Assembly (NCBI GenBank): GCA_044892525.1 | Contig: CM097885.1 | Span: 16,058,001 to 16,122,000, forward strand | Length of the DNA: 64,000 nucleotides | Origin: Schmidtea polychroa | Lineage: Eukaryota | Direction of reading: 5' to 3' | In this document: one piece after another, positions 46,706-59,932 of the stretch | How the letters are laid out: every line of letters begins with the position of its first letter | Position numbering within the stretch: position 1 is the first letter of the stretch | The notes under the pieces: generated by a model | Told to the model about the DNA's origin: nothing | The model's input: only the letters and a program-made list of their open reading frames with translations | Databases searched by the model: none | Made by a program: the position numbers and the translations under genes

Positions 46706-49481
46706 CAGGCCCCCAGTGTTCATTGATCCACACCATATAACCAGGCCCTTGATAAGCTTTCAGGAATGTATGCAGTTGACGTTAGAGCTACACCATTAGT
46801 ACAAATACGCATTTAATATAAGCGTGGTGGTGCAGCAGTAAACTTCCGGTCACCTCTCCACATTTACACCTCACTGTGAAGTATTTAGTTATATTCTATT
46901 AAGGAAACTTCCAACTTTCATGTAGAGCGTATAATTGTGCAGAGCTGAAGATGATCCCAAGTTCGTTGGTGTGCTACTGCTACTCTAATAGCTGGCCTTT
47001 ATTCAATCCTGTAGGAGAGGTTAGGATTTACTAGTAGCTCTCTCTTAACTGTGAGGATGAGTGTGACTGGAATGAATGCATTAACGCCCTTGTTGTCATA
47101 TTATTAGGCAGGTGAGGTTGTACAATAAAACTCCTTTAGCCAACAGTTCAATTATCAAAAATTATGTTCACTACCTCTATGAACAAAACTTATAATTTTA
47201 TGTTTATATTATAAAAAAAAATCGATAATATTATAAAGTTTATATTATAAAGTTTATAATATTATCGATTTTTTTATGAAATAAATTTGCAATTTCAACC
47301 ACAGTTGAGGATGAGCACTATTACAAAAAAACGAAAAGTTGACAGTGAACACCGAGTATTTAATGATAAGTGGACATCGGATTATCTGTTTGTAGAATCA
47401 AACAATATGCTCGTTTGTCTTGTTTGCTCGCAATCAATTTCCGTTAAAAAGGAATTTAATGTAAGACGGCATTACCAGACTCAGCATGCAGAAAAGTTCG
47501 ATCAGATACAGGGACAATTAAGGAAAGATAGGATCGAATCTCTCCGAAAAGCACTTCTAGGGCAACAGACATTCTTTATCAAAGTTAATAAAGAGGTTGA
47601 GTGTGTTGTGAAGGCGAGTTTCATGATAAGTGAGATATTGCCAAGAAACTAAAATCGTTATCTGATGGGGAGTTTGTCAAAGAATGCATTGATGCTGCTG
47701 TGGATTGTATCTGTCCCGAAAAGAAACAACTTTTCTCGAATATCAGCCTTTCTCGATTTACAATCGTAAGACGAATTGATGATATTGCAAAAAACATTGA
47801 AACAATCTTGAAAGAAAAAGCTGAACTATTTCAAGCATATTCAATATGCCTTGATGAAAGCACGGATATGACAGACACCGCGCAATTTTTGTGCGTGGGG
47901 TTGATCAGGACTTCCACGTTACGGAAGAACTGTTGAAATTAGCGAGCATGAAAGGGACTACAACTGGAGAAGAGGTTTTTGATGAAATCAAAACTGCATT
48001 GGCAGAAAACGGGCTTTTTCTTCCAAAACTAACAGGAATAACGACAGACGGAGCTCCGGCAATGGTTGGAATAAAAAATGGAGTAGTTGGTTTATTGAAG
48101 GCGGAGCTTGTTAAAATGAAAGGAAGTAAGCAATTAATTTGCTTCACATTGCATAATCCACCAAGAGAATTTATGTGTAAAAGAACTAAAGATGGACCAT
48201 GTGATGACAGTTGTTGTGAAAACCGTGAATTTCATAAGATCACGTGGATTGAATAATCGACAATTCAAAGAGTTTCTCACTAGCATTGAGACAGAATACT
48301 CGGATGTAATTTACTTTAGCGAAGTTCGTTGGCTGAGCAGAGGAAAAGTATTGCATCGCTTTTATTGCCTTCGTGAAGAAATTAAACTTTTTATGGAGAT
48401 GAAGTCGAAACCAATTCCGGAGTTATCCGATCCAAATTGGCTACTTGACTTGGCCTTTTTGGTTGACATCACAACGCATCTGAATGATCTAAACACGAAG
48501 TTACAAGGCCGGGATCAACTGATAAATAATCTTTACGATCATATCAAAGGATTTCAGACAAAGCTGAAACTATGGGAGAATCAATTATCAAAGGACATTA
48601 CGGTGTATTTTCCAAATTTAACTGATTGCAAAAATGATGCAAATTTAGCTAACACGAAGAAATTTAATGAACACATAATTGCATTGAAAACACAGTTTTC
48701 TTCAAGATTTGCTGATTTTGCCGAACATGAAAATGATTTCAAACTATTTTCTGAACCATTCAGTGTTAATGTTGAGACAGCACCAGAATCAATGCAAATG
48801 GAGCTCATTGAATTGCAGTGTAATGGCGATCTGAAAAGAAAGTTTCGTGACGTCTCTTTGATTCAATTCTAAAAACTCTACATTTCTCAGAAAGCGTTTC
48901 CATCAATCCGATATCATGCGCTGAAAATGGTCTCACTTTTCCCCAGCACTTACATCTGTGAACAATTCTTTTCTAAGATGAAACAAACAAAGTGCAAAAA
49001 CAGATGTCGGCTCACTGATGATAACTTGTCAAACGAATTACGAGTAGCAACAGCAACTATCAAGGCAAATATTTCAGATTTATGTCGTGATAAGAAGTGT
49101 CAAATGTCACAGACCAAAACCAGAACAAGATTGATATTGATATGTTGGGTATATTTGAGTAGTATATGCAAACTTGAGAAGCATAAAAAATATAAATTCG
49201 AACAATCCAGAGTTTGTGCGAGTAAATAAACTATAAATATGGGATTATTAAAGTTAAATTTGGGTATTTTCATAGTTTTTATATTTTGCCTTCCAATAAC
49301 AACTAGTATATAGTATATAATATATAATATATGCCTAATCATGTAAATTTAAATGATCTTTGCTATTAAAAAGATATATTATTGGAATATACATTAATAA
49401 ATTCGTATTAAATACATCCGGCCCCCGAAACATTTACAAAGACTGAACTGGCCCCTAACAAAAACAAGTTGCTCATGCCTG
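46706..49481 (+). mobile_element. hAT Charlie/SPIN-like DNA transposon with a frameshifted transposase (about 47311-49080); left boundary tentative
   Basis: KKRKVDSEHRVFNDKW..C..C..RRHY..H, LDESTD, ITTDGAPAM, SEVRWLSRG, FPSTYICEQFFS. Right end GTTGCTCATGCCTG; flanks CATTAGAT and GATTAGAT (7/8, central TA). The left TIR matches only in CAGGC. Confidence 0.7.
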
Positions 49482-49485
49482 GATT

Positions 49486-49977
49486 AGATCATCATATGAT
49501 ATAACATAAAACGTGTTTTCTATAAAATTTTGTTTTCTTGAAAAATCATCGCCGACTTCTTTATTTTCATCAAAATTTATTTTCTCTTTTGTCGTCTGCA
49601 TAATTGAAAGACTGGTTTATTCATTTGCTACTTTTTCAACTTTCTCAAAGTCTAGCCTGAAGTTATTGATAAAGACTTTCAAGGATTTTTATAATGCTAA
49701 TTCTTTCATTCAATCAAATTCTTTTGATTGTTGTGATTTGTTCGTAGCATTAATCTTTGTGAAATTGCGTTCCATACTCCTGTCACTAGAATAATTTCAT
49801 ACTTGTTCATTTTTTTTAAATGACTTCGCTCTAACACAGTGACTTTTTCCCTCTTTTGAATTGCAAATTTCATTTATTGCTTCTTATATGTTGCTGTACC
49901 CAAAGTTCACATACAATACTACATATAATACTTTCAAATAATTATGGAATGCATTTTTGTGGCTTTCAACAATTTCA
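49486..49977 (-). pseudogene. ZMYM1-like hAT transposase fragment; with 46363-46510 it forms a ~650-bp block repeated directly at 53074-54485
   Basis: The minus strand reads ..KVFINNFRLDFEKVEK..RKQNFIENTFYVI. Each copy is interrupted by a different later insertion. Confidence 0.55.
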
Positions 49978-50009
49978 TTTATTGATTATTCGTTTTTGAT
50001 TTATGCATA

Positions 50010-53000
50010 GATTTTGCACAAATTTTCAATTTAATTGAGTTAAGATGAGTTAATTGGTCCCTCATGACGGTGCAAGAGCGGTGGCAGAAATGTGGCCGCT
50101 CTTGGGTGTGTCGTGAGGGGTGAAGGAACTCTGTAAGTCAAGATCCAGTTAGGAAATGAATTTTCTTCATCGAGTGCGATCGTTAAAAGTGCATCCCATC
50201 ATTTCTATCAGCAATCTCCAACCGTTGCAAAGATGATTAAATTCCAAAAGGAGAATGATTCACGTTGAGATCGACATTTATATCTAGTCTTGACTTTGTG
50301 AGAATCCACATAAAATGGAAAGACCTTTTCGTGCGTAGCTTGTCTATCAGCATATTTAGAAGGAAAACTTGTTCGACCATAATTCACTAGAAATTCCGAC
50401 ATTTTCCGTAATACACCGCATTTCCGAGATTTGTCCAATATTTCGCATCGAAAGGACGTTAGCGAATGAACCCCTAATTTCATCTATCCGTAGAGTCCGA
50501 GTGGACGTGGAAATCGAGGTTTGACAGGCCACTATCATTAATAACCCGTCGATCTAGATAAAATGTAAACATTCTCCGATAATCAATACAAATACTCGCC
50601 ATAGTCTTGAGGAAAGCTGCTGTCGGCGAGTTTTGAGGGATTATCTTTCTGTTTTGTTCTGTTAGAAGTTGGCTGCAGTCGACCGATAAGAAATTGTCTG
50701 AGAATATTCAGTATACAGATTACTGGGCAACGACACCACATAGACAAGATTGACAGCGATTATCAAGAGCAAACTCTGGTCAGAAGAAATATAATCACTA
50801 AATTAAAGTTCCAACCGATAAAGTGGTGAATAAATCCGACAATTTAGAGAAATCGTTTTTCATAAGTCTAAAAAAAATTAATTTTTATCTTTCAACAGAA
50901 TCTGTTATTAATGCCACGCACAATGTCTAACAAACGTAGCAATACACACAGACAAGTCTGCCCACTCTAGGATAGTGTGTAGGTCGATATCGCCATCACA
51001 TCGAAGTGTAGTATAATAGTTCTAGATTGTGTGCATAAATTAGATAACGACGTCGCGACAATTCAGACGATAAAAATTCTCTTCGTTGTTTACCATTGAG
51101 TAGCGGTAACGAATGACTCCCAATGATAAATGCCGGCAACAATCGCATCTCAAATGAAATCTCATAAATCACCACTTGCATGCACAGGATAGGAAATGAA
51201 GTTATGACATAACAGAACAGTGAGGTTCTCCATGACGACACCTACGTCGCAAATTCAAATAACTCTACAAAATTCTGATAACAATAATTAAAATTTATAA
51301 CTTTTCTAATATATCTATTTCTTTGCACTATAAGGTTGAGAACATCAAAAGAATTTCATTCATTTCCTGTGGCATACAAAATGAGCATCTCTCAATAGGT
51401 CATAACATCAAATGAACCTAATGCAGCTAATGATTAACAGTAATAAAAAATTTATAAAAGTAAAAAACCTACACTTCCCGAACTGGGTAATAAATTAAAT
51501 AAAAATTGTCAACCCTAAAACTTGTAGGACATTGGTAATATAGTAAATGGATTTTTGACAATCTCCGTTTTCTCTTAATTTGCATGAACTGAGTTGATCA
51601 AACATGAGTGTTTGGGGGTGAATAATGGTTTCAAATATTCGCGAGTGGTCAGAGATCCGCTGAGGATCACCGAGTGAAACGCGTGAGGATATTACATAAA
51701 CCACATGATAAACTCGTAAATGATACACCAATGATCACTTCTAACCATGATAGCAAACTTCTTTAACTTTAGATGACCACACCGATCAAATCCGGAAAAG
51801 ATCTTCGTCCGTGTTTCTCCAGTTCGGACAAGAACGAGGATATTAAGAAACTACACGTCTATATCGGGGCCTTAAAGAAACGTATTGATCTATACGAGGG
51901 CACGTGGTTCTCCCCGCCACAAATGAAGGAGGAGCGTAGGAAAATCTTGAGATTGGAGCACTGTCGTGACAGTCTCCTGGAAGAAAGTAGGTGCCAGAGG
52001 CTCACAATAAAAGCCCAATCAGAGGCCCTGCATAAAATTTATACGGACGTCGAGATTGCTAAGAGGGTCCGAGAATATCCAGTTCAAGACGGGATAAATG
52101 TGTTCCCAATCCACCACCAGGCATCCGAGGTCCCACTGACTACCCGCTGCAAAGGGCATGGCTCACAATTGTCTCCCATCCTCGCTTCAGCTCTCTCCAG
52201 TTCTAGGCCCGCGACAAAGGGTCCATCGGACCCCATCTTGGCTCCGATTCTTCAGCCTCGCCAGATGCAACCAACAGTTGAAACCAAGACGCCAAATCGG
52301 AAACGTAAGCGGCCGACGCGAGTTGAGAAAAATAAAAAGCGCAGGGACGCCATTGCCGCGCTAGAGGCTTCGCTATCGGTGGCCCAATCCACCATCAAGG
52401 AAATCTCCAATTCCCATTCAATTCCAAACCAAGAAATATTCCGGGTAGTTCCGGCCGATGGTATCAAGTTCATTGCAGATCGCCGGTTGCCCATGGATAT
52501 AAATAAAATGTTAGCCGAAGGAGAAATTTTCTGATGATCCAACATAACGTCAACGTCAAGTTTAATTCGCCCTAATGGACTTAACTTTGATCCTTGCCTG
52601 CTGACAAATTCATCTATGCCTTTTATTTTGTTCATTAGATATCGGTGTAATACGTTTTGGTGTAATCCATGTGTGTGGTGGAATTAATATAAATTTTCTT
52701 GGCATTTGATGAGTTATTTATGAGATTGTTGTACAAATTGTATGGCTTGATTGCTAAATCGAATGTCAGTCATCGGATGAAGGTCGTCCCCTTGAACCAG
52801 GGTCGGACCGAGTTATGTGTGAGTGTGGGTAAGGCCTTCTATGGCACCTTGGAACCCGAACCGAGAGGGGGTTAACAGTAGTCCTAAGGCAGGGGCTCAC
52901 CTGTTAATCAACTCCAACCCATGTGAGCATCACCAACGTGTAAGATCTCCACAGGCTCACATGAGGGAATATCAGTAAAGTCATTATGGGTATGCTGGAG

Positions 53001-53083
53001 AAGGGCCAGAGCCGAATGAAGCTGAGTATATGCCTTAGGATAATCCTTTCCATTCTCCCCACATACGCCAACATAATTGTTGA
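50010..53083 (+). mobile_element. Unclassified dispersed element, copy B (homolog of 21135-24451)
   Basis: Shared blocks throughout the non-coding leader (GAAA hairpin, ttcatcgagtg, caaccgataa, tacacacaga) and the 3' domain (ggtcgtcccc, ggaacccgaaccgag, ccccacatayg). Confidence 0.55.
51773..52534 (+). CDS. Orphan 253-aa protein (copy B)
   Basis: Intact ORF of the same length as copy A. The ATG directly follows the AG of a candidate 57-nt intron (51716-51772). Confidence 0.85.
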   Translation: MTTPIKSGKDLRPCFSSSDKNEDIKKLHVYIGALKKRIDLYEGTWFSPPQMKEERRKILRLEHCRDSLLEESRCQRLTIKAQSEALHKIYTDVEIAKRVREYPVQDGINVFPIHHQASEVPLTTRCKGHGSQLSPILASALSSSRPATKGPSDPILAPILQPRQMQPTVETKTPNRKRKRPTRVEKNKKRRDAIAALEASLSVAQSTIKEISNSHSIPNQEIFRVVPADGIKFIADRRLPMDINKMLAEGEIF

Positions 53084-53517
53084 ATTAAATGTTTTCACCG
53101 AATTTTTGAATAATGAACTGGGGGTCCCGAAAATGAACAAGTACCACCAATTTACTTAAATCTCGTTTGACATGCGATGGAAACATAACATTCGAGAGTT
53201 CAGATAAAGAAAATGAGAACTAGATCATTATATGAAATAACATAAAACGTGTTTTCTATAAAATTTTGTTTTCTTGAAAAATCATCGCCGACTTCTTTAT
53301 TTTCATCAAAAATTATTTTCTCTTCTGTCGTCTGCATAATTGAAAGATTAGTTAATTCATTTGCTACTTTTTCAACTTTCTCAAAGTCTAGCCTGAAGTT
53401 ATTGATAAAGACTTCCAAGGATTTTTATAATGTTAATTCTTTCATTCAATCAAATTCTTTTGATTGTTGTGATTTGTTCGTAGCATTAATCCTTTGTGAA
53501 ATTGCGTTCCATACTCC

Positions 53518-54280
53518 CAGTGCTCGAAGTGAGGCGGGATATTATCCCGGCATTGATTATGTAGGCGGAATTGCATCCCGGCACTTCATTTCATATAATC
53601 TATAGGTTTATCCCGGTACTTATTTCATTTTATAGGCACACAAATACTGCAATTAAAGTCACACATAGTACATCCATATATGTATGTATATATATATTCT
53701 TTATTCTCTATTCTCTATTCAATTAAGAATTTCCCAAGCAGCAGTAATGGATAGGTAGGTATATTCTCTTATTTATTTTAGTTAAACCAGCAAGTTGTTT
53801 GTTGAGTTATTTATACTGCGACCCCCTCTATATATAATGTGTGCATGATTTCACATGCAGAGAGGTGTTATAATTAACGTGATAAGAAAACATATATGTG
53901 TTACGCAGATATACATACACATGCACATACTCTGAGTAAGACGTTGACGCTTTATATTTGAAACAAAATTTCCGATTATTTATCAGACAAATTTACACAT
54001 GCAAAAAATCTCTGTCATTTTGCTTGGTTAAAAATGAGAATCCCGCAGGGATTTACCCACCCCCCAAAATTGTTTGACACCCCCCCCCACATTAAAACAG
54101 GTAAACCCCCTGAAACTTATGATTAAATGGGTGGACACCCCCCCCCCCAAAAAAAAATTTGTTGGACACCCCCCAAAGTTTTGCAACACCCCCAACTGAA
54201 AATTTCTGCATAAAAGCCTGGAATCCCGGGTGCCACAGCATGCCTATCCCGGCACATATTTTGTTCCACTTCGAGCACTG
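53518..54280. mobile_element. Non-autonomous hAT-type MITE, 763 bp
   Basis: 14-bp TIR CAGTGCTCGAAGTG/CACTTCGAGCACTG and 8-bp TSD CATACTCC. The empty site is visible in the paralogous block at 49773-49780. Confidence 0.9.
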
Positions 54281-55761
54281 CATACTCCTGTCACTAGAAT
54301 AATTTCATACTTGTTCATTTTTTTTAAATGACTTCGCTCTAACACAGTGACTTTTTCCCTCTTTTGAATTGCAAATTTCATTTATTGCTTCTTATATGTT
54401 GCAGTAACCAAAGTTCACATACAATACTACATATAATACTTTCAAATAATTATGGAATGCAATTTTGTGGCTTTCAACAATTTCAAGCTGTTTCTTAATT
54501 TTATTTCGTTTTTCTGCGCCACTTTTAAAACTTTTCTATGTGCTTACTAGAGTAGATGTCACCCAACCCCCTGGTAAAATCTCAAGGTCGATTAGGAATT
54601 TTAGATAAGTGTATATAAAAAATGCTTAGTTTCCATGGAAATGAGCTCAAAACTCTCTAAATTAAAATATAGGTCACGCCATAATATAACATTTTCTGTA
54701 TATTATGAAACTAAGACAAACTTATATTATAGAATTAAACTCATATTCTTTAACACATGGGAACACAATGAACAAAAGCATAAGAAAAGTAAATTATGCA
54801 AATTAACAAAATATGCTTAGAAATATTTTGAAAAATATACTTTATTACAGAAAATTATTTTAATATCGGAAATCAACTGAATAGGAAATATACAGGAATA
54901 TTTACAGGAATATACTGGGAAACCCTCCAAACTCTAGAAAATTAAATATCCCAACTCAAAAAATTTCCCCAAATTTTAAAAGCTCCTAAAATTAATTTTC
55001 GCAAAAAATAACGTAATTTTATATATGGTCAAAATTAACTTGTAAATTTTTTTTAAAATATTACTCTATTATAGGAAATCAACCGTATAGGAAATATACA
55101 AGATTATTACAAGAAAAATCTTCCCAACTCAAATTATTACACAAATGCACTCAGTCTGGGACACATTGAGGAGCCATTGAAAGCTTGGTCACACCGCGTG
55201 CCAATACTCATGCTCATTGCGGAAAATCCAGTCAAATCGCCTTCATTGCCCGCATAAACATTACACAAATGCACTCAGTCAGGGACACATTTCTCGCTAT
55301 CCGTTCTGAGTAAGCATCCGTTTTGTACAGCTCCTTTCATGCATGCCATCCGATATGTCAGTGTAGGATCTTGTCTGTGTACAAGTTTCCACACCTTCAA
55401 ATTGAGGATCTAGAAAGGATAAAATCGAATTCCCTCAACTCATCATTAATTCATATTCATACACAAGGTAACACCATAGGTAATACTTAGCTAAATATTC
55501 TATGCGAATGATTCTTCCTTTCCTAATATTGTAGTTTGTAGGCTACGGAATAAGTGATATGCAATTATATTTGTGTCATTGTTGATATAACCTGTAGCCC
55601 CCTCATTCCCTCCATTTACCATGTCAGTTAGTGTCAAATACTTTATTCTTTCATGGCATAAAATCCTTCATTCTATAAACAAATAAGGAAGACTAAATAA
55701 ATAAGCGTTTACGACCGAATATTCCTTTATCTCGTTAAACTTTCCTTATTTACTTTCAGTT

Positions 55762-55970
55762 ATGTGCGAGCCGAGTCTACCGCCGAAAGGGCCAAGACCC
55801 TGTTTTTCCTGAGCAGACAAAAATGCCGACATAAAGAAACTGCACGAGTACATAGGGGCTTTAAAGAAATGCATTAAAACATACGAATGCACGTGGTTCT
55901 CCCCGCCACAAATGAAGGAGGTATTGAGGTTGGAGCACTGCAGAGACAGTCTCCTTGAAGAAAGTAGATA
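55762..55970 (+). pseudogene. 5' fragment (copy D) of the 253-aa ORF family
   Basis: RPCFS*ADKNADIKKLHEYIGALKKCIKTYECTWFSPPQMKEVLRLEHCRDSLLEESR; ATG 2 nt after a ctttcag acceptor; premature stop. Confidence 0.8.
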
Positions 55971-58900
55971 TATTGGGATTTTTAAAGAATTTAAAGACAG
56001 AATTTCCAGTTTTATTAATATTTGGGAAAACTCCGAGGGAATATAATACTTGCGAATCTTTAGATTAGTAATGCTTGGAGGTCTATGTCTATCCAAAACA
56101 TAAAAACTCTATTCAATCAGCTGGGTTTTCGGAGAATTTCGAGGATTGGCATATATTGAAACATGATATTTATGGTGAGAGATTCCGAAACGAATTTATT
56201 AATTCGATATTTGAAGATTTCAACTCAGAACGAGTACGATTTCGAACCAGATTTATTTGATCTACCTGATGAATGATTAAAGATACAATTATATTTTTTA
56301 TATTTCTTTAAATTCAAATAGTTTGACTAATTTACTGAACCATGTAAGGAATTTGTATTTTTTGGTCATATTATTGAATATTGAACTCACACAAACTAAT
56401 ATGTTATCATGAACCTTTAGGCAATTTATCTTTCCGTATTTTCACATAAGCGCAATAGGAAAGATAAATAAATGAAAAAGAAATACCTGAAAATAATTTA
56501 TATCTTTGTGCGTCAATAATAAAAATGACAGAATTAGCAAATTGAGATCCACAAAAGGTTACAATGAAATACAAAATGGCACGATTCCCTAAGTCGTAAG
56601 GCATTGAAACCTTCACTTAATTGTTAATTTACCCACTAGTATACTATGAGCTTTCATTGCCAATAGCCCCTTGTATGCATTACACAATTCTCGGGTAGCT
56701 GATGGTGACGTAATCATACACATTATTATGATCACTGAGTTTTACATAAAACATGTTATCATCTCAACTAGTTTGGTTTGACAGTTTTAATGAACTCTTG
56801 TCAGGTTTATGCTAAAACCTTTGCTATTTCTGTGATGGACATCCAATGAATATTTTATAGTCTCCCTCAGTTCGAGGTGGCAATGAAAAAAGAATCCAAG
56901 ATCCGTATAGAATACGCCAGATGTAATGACCTATCTGAATCAGCCTATTTCATCTGCCATCATCTCATCCTTCATAAATAACTTAGTTACACAACTAAAC
57001 ACAAACAAAATTGATACTCAATTTGCCTTAAATGAAATGGAAAGGATTAATGGTAACATTAATCCATAAAGATATCATTTGCCTAAAAAGGCTGATGTAA
57101 TTCATATATAGCCAAAGCTATTAGTGAAAGCAGATAATTTGACAGACTCGCAATTTCTATTCCTAATTTATGCTAGAAACAATTTATTGAAAGTTAATTA
57201 TTCCCCGCATACACCCGTTTGCATTGAATAAGCTCATCTGTAATATGGGTTGGTTAGTACAATTTATTATATTACAGATGCGTCATAATTTGTGATGTAT
57301 TTCAGATGGAATTGTTGGGTTTTAGGTCATTTAAGTCGGTAACCTCTGACTCTTCGTGTGCTTTTAATCAAAACAATAAACTACCCAACGTATATTTGAA
57401 TCACAAAAAAATATTCTCTTCTCAACAATAAACAATCAATTGACCGATTCTCCCCTCGGTGTTGATGCTTTGACAACAGATAATATTCACCCATTATTTC
57501 CTTAGGTTCTCTTGAACAAAGTTTTCCTTTTTCTCTTTGATTTGATCCTTTTTCACCTTTTCGTGTTGGTCTTATCCCATTATTCATTGTGTCACGATAA
57601 TGGGCCCAAATCTTTCTTCTATTTACTTTTCTCTTTGTTTACCCAGCTCGGGTTTCCTTCATCTCTCGGGCTTTCTAATAGCCAAATAATTAAGTAATTA
57701 ACATTTTCTGTTTTAACACATTTGAATGCTTTCTGACCCTTTCTAACCATTTTCTGATAAATCCTTAATCATCAGCTTGTCGACCATTAAATAATCTATA
57801 CATGCCCTGTTTTCCAAATTCAATTTCGATGATTTAACAATTAATTGATTTTTCTCGGATTTCCGGATTCTTGCCTTTCGCAACTGCTTTTGCCATTTCC
57901 TAATAGTGCTTCCATCATACTTTCCTTTACTACCAAATCTGTGCATGATCACACTTTTATTTGTCTTTTACCTTATTTAACTTATTTTTTGTTTAAATTT
58001 TAACCTAAATTTCATTTAAATTTATTTTAATTTACTGACCTCAATAGAATGTATTTCTGATTATGTATTTATGTATTTCTGATGAAATAGTTAATTTATG
58101 ATTAACTATTTTAGCCATTTTAGAAATGGCTTTCATGTAATTTTTTTATTTAAAGTAAATTTTAAGACTTGAATTTTGATCCATGTAGATGTGAGATCAT
58201 TATTCAAGCTCTTAAATATTACTTTTTATCAACAATTTTATTATAAATTATAAATAAATTTCAAGGTTTTTAGAATTTTTATCGGTCTTTTTTTTTTTAA
58301 ATTTTCTAAAATTGTCTGTAATTGATTTATTATAGTGCGTTTATTCATTACAACGATTCTACATATCGAAAATTCGCATGCATTTTGTACTATGCGTTGC
58401 GTTTGTGTGTGTCAGTTTATTTTTTATACCACTTTCTCACTTTCTATATTAAATGCGTTTATTCACTGCAACGCTAAAAATCAACACAAAGGTAAGTTTG
58501 TATGTTTATATAATATACACGTATTGATTTTATTTTTACATTATAGATGCGTTTGTTCACTGCAAACGGGTGTATGCTAAAAGGAAATAATTCAACAAAA
58601 TGCAGACACTGCTTGGCTAAGGTGACCAGATTTTTAGATGGACAAAGCGGGACAACTTTGAAGGAGGGGGCGTTGAGCTCGGAGCCATAAAGCTGAAGTG
58701 AGGTTGTAGGAATCGAAAAGGGTGGCGAGTCGTTAGAAAAATAATGATTCCTAGAAATAAATTAAAAAATTGGGACAGCGTATTAAATAAAATTAAACAA
58801 CATAGGTAAGGAAATTAAATAATAAAGAGAAAAACACTAACCAATAAAAATCAGCATACAGATACGGCGAATAATGGCCAACAAACCCAACTTAGGTTAC

Positions 58901-59413
58901 CCTAGCAAACAAATATAGGAAAATAATTAAATGAAATAGCGGGCGGGAAAATAGGAAAAGTCAAGCTAAAAACATAAAATAAAAACAAAAGAAACAGAAA
59001 AACCATGCGTAGAATTAACAACAGAAACCCCCAAAAAATAGAAAAAGATAGAAAAGAAATAAACGAAAAAAATAATTAAATAAAATAAATAAATTAATTA
59101 AAAGAAACAAATAAAAATCCAAATCAAATAATCGGTAAAACAAAAACGGGATCGACTCAGATGTTTCTGAAAAATGAATAGCTTGAATTGTCGCATGTTT
59201 AAAACTTGACCAAGGCAGGAAAGATCTGATTAAAGGAGGCGGTTAAAAGGCAAATTAAATTTCTTTGGTTATGAAATAAGAATAAGACGGGAGGGGGGGG
59301 GGGGGGTGATCAATGAATGCGTTAATAATAACAGCATAAAATTTCAGCTTATAATAAAACAGTATTATTAAGAGGCTCAGAATTACCGAAATAAATCTCT
59401 AAATGTTTTAGTA

Positions 59414-59932
59414 ATGTCAGAAGCACGTCAACATTTACAACAGCTGGAAAATGAAATTCGGCAGATTGAAACAAAATTAGCAAATGAAAAATATATAAAT
59501 TATGGATTTTTTGAATGGCAAATCGATAAATTTTCACAACAAAAGAGAAATGAAAATATTTACAGCGAGGCATTTTATTCCGGGCCAATCGGTTACAAAA
59601 TTTGCTTGTGGGTGGGGACTAGTGGTGATTGGGGTGATTTGGTTGCGGCTGGTTTCTGTTTGATGCGTGGGGCAAATGATGAGCAATTGGATTGGCCGTT
59701 CAATCAATTAGTGACAATCGATGTGATCGATCCAGCAAATGGCAGCATTTATATGAGCAAGTCAATGAAATATTCAGATTGCCCTCATGATGCAGCTGGA
59801 TGGAGGAAACCGTCACACGACAGAAATAATTCAATTGGTATTTATTATAATTATCCTGATGACAGCTCAACCTATAAATTAGCAGCCAAAAGTGATAAAT
59901 TGCTGCTCAGGTGCAGAATTGAAAAATTATGA
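59414..59932 (+). CDS. TRAF MATH-domain exon, paralog of 9479-10018; upstream RING exons not found in the window
   Basis: Near-identical MATH sequence. It sits in a duplicated block (about 9500-11815 versus 59445-62220) that includes the downstream gypsy relic. Confidence 0.8.
   Translation: MSEARQHLQQLENEIRQIETKLANEKYINYGFFEWQIDKFSQQKRNENIYSEAFYSGPIGYKICLWVGTSGDWGDLVAAGFCLMRGANDEQLDWPFNQLVTIDVIDPANGSIYMSKSMKYSDCPHDAAGWRKPSHDRNNSIGIYYNYPDDSSTYKLAAKSDKLLLRCRIEKL

Noticed and set aside
46363-49977. aattgttgaa/ttcaacaatt as TIRs of a MITE
   Set aside because: No TSD at either copy, and the enclosed sequence is a transposase-coding fragment.
50073-50104. Group II intron domain V (AGC near the base, GAAA loop)
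   Set aside because: It has a symmetric G-G loop instead of the 2-nt bulge, and copy A lacks the AGC/CGC triad.
51640-51690. Hammerhead ribozyme core (CUGAGGA ... GAAAC)
   Set aside because: Stems I and II cannot be closed around the core, and the motif is not conserved in copy A.
52782-52900. RNase MRP RNA (GUCCCC ... GGGGCUCA resembling CR-I and CR-V)
   Set aside because: No GAAAG before GUCCCC, the spacing is short, and copy A has GAGGCUCA, which breaks the P4 pair. A cmscan would settle it.
56400-57960. LINE ORF1/endonuclease relic on the minus strand
   Set aside because: Only vague motif hints in broken frames; not enough to call.
58618-58904. Short hAT-like element (taaggtgaccaga ... 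ggttacccta)
   Set aside because: The ends match only 8/10 and no TSD is present; possible but unsupported.
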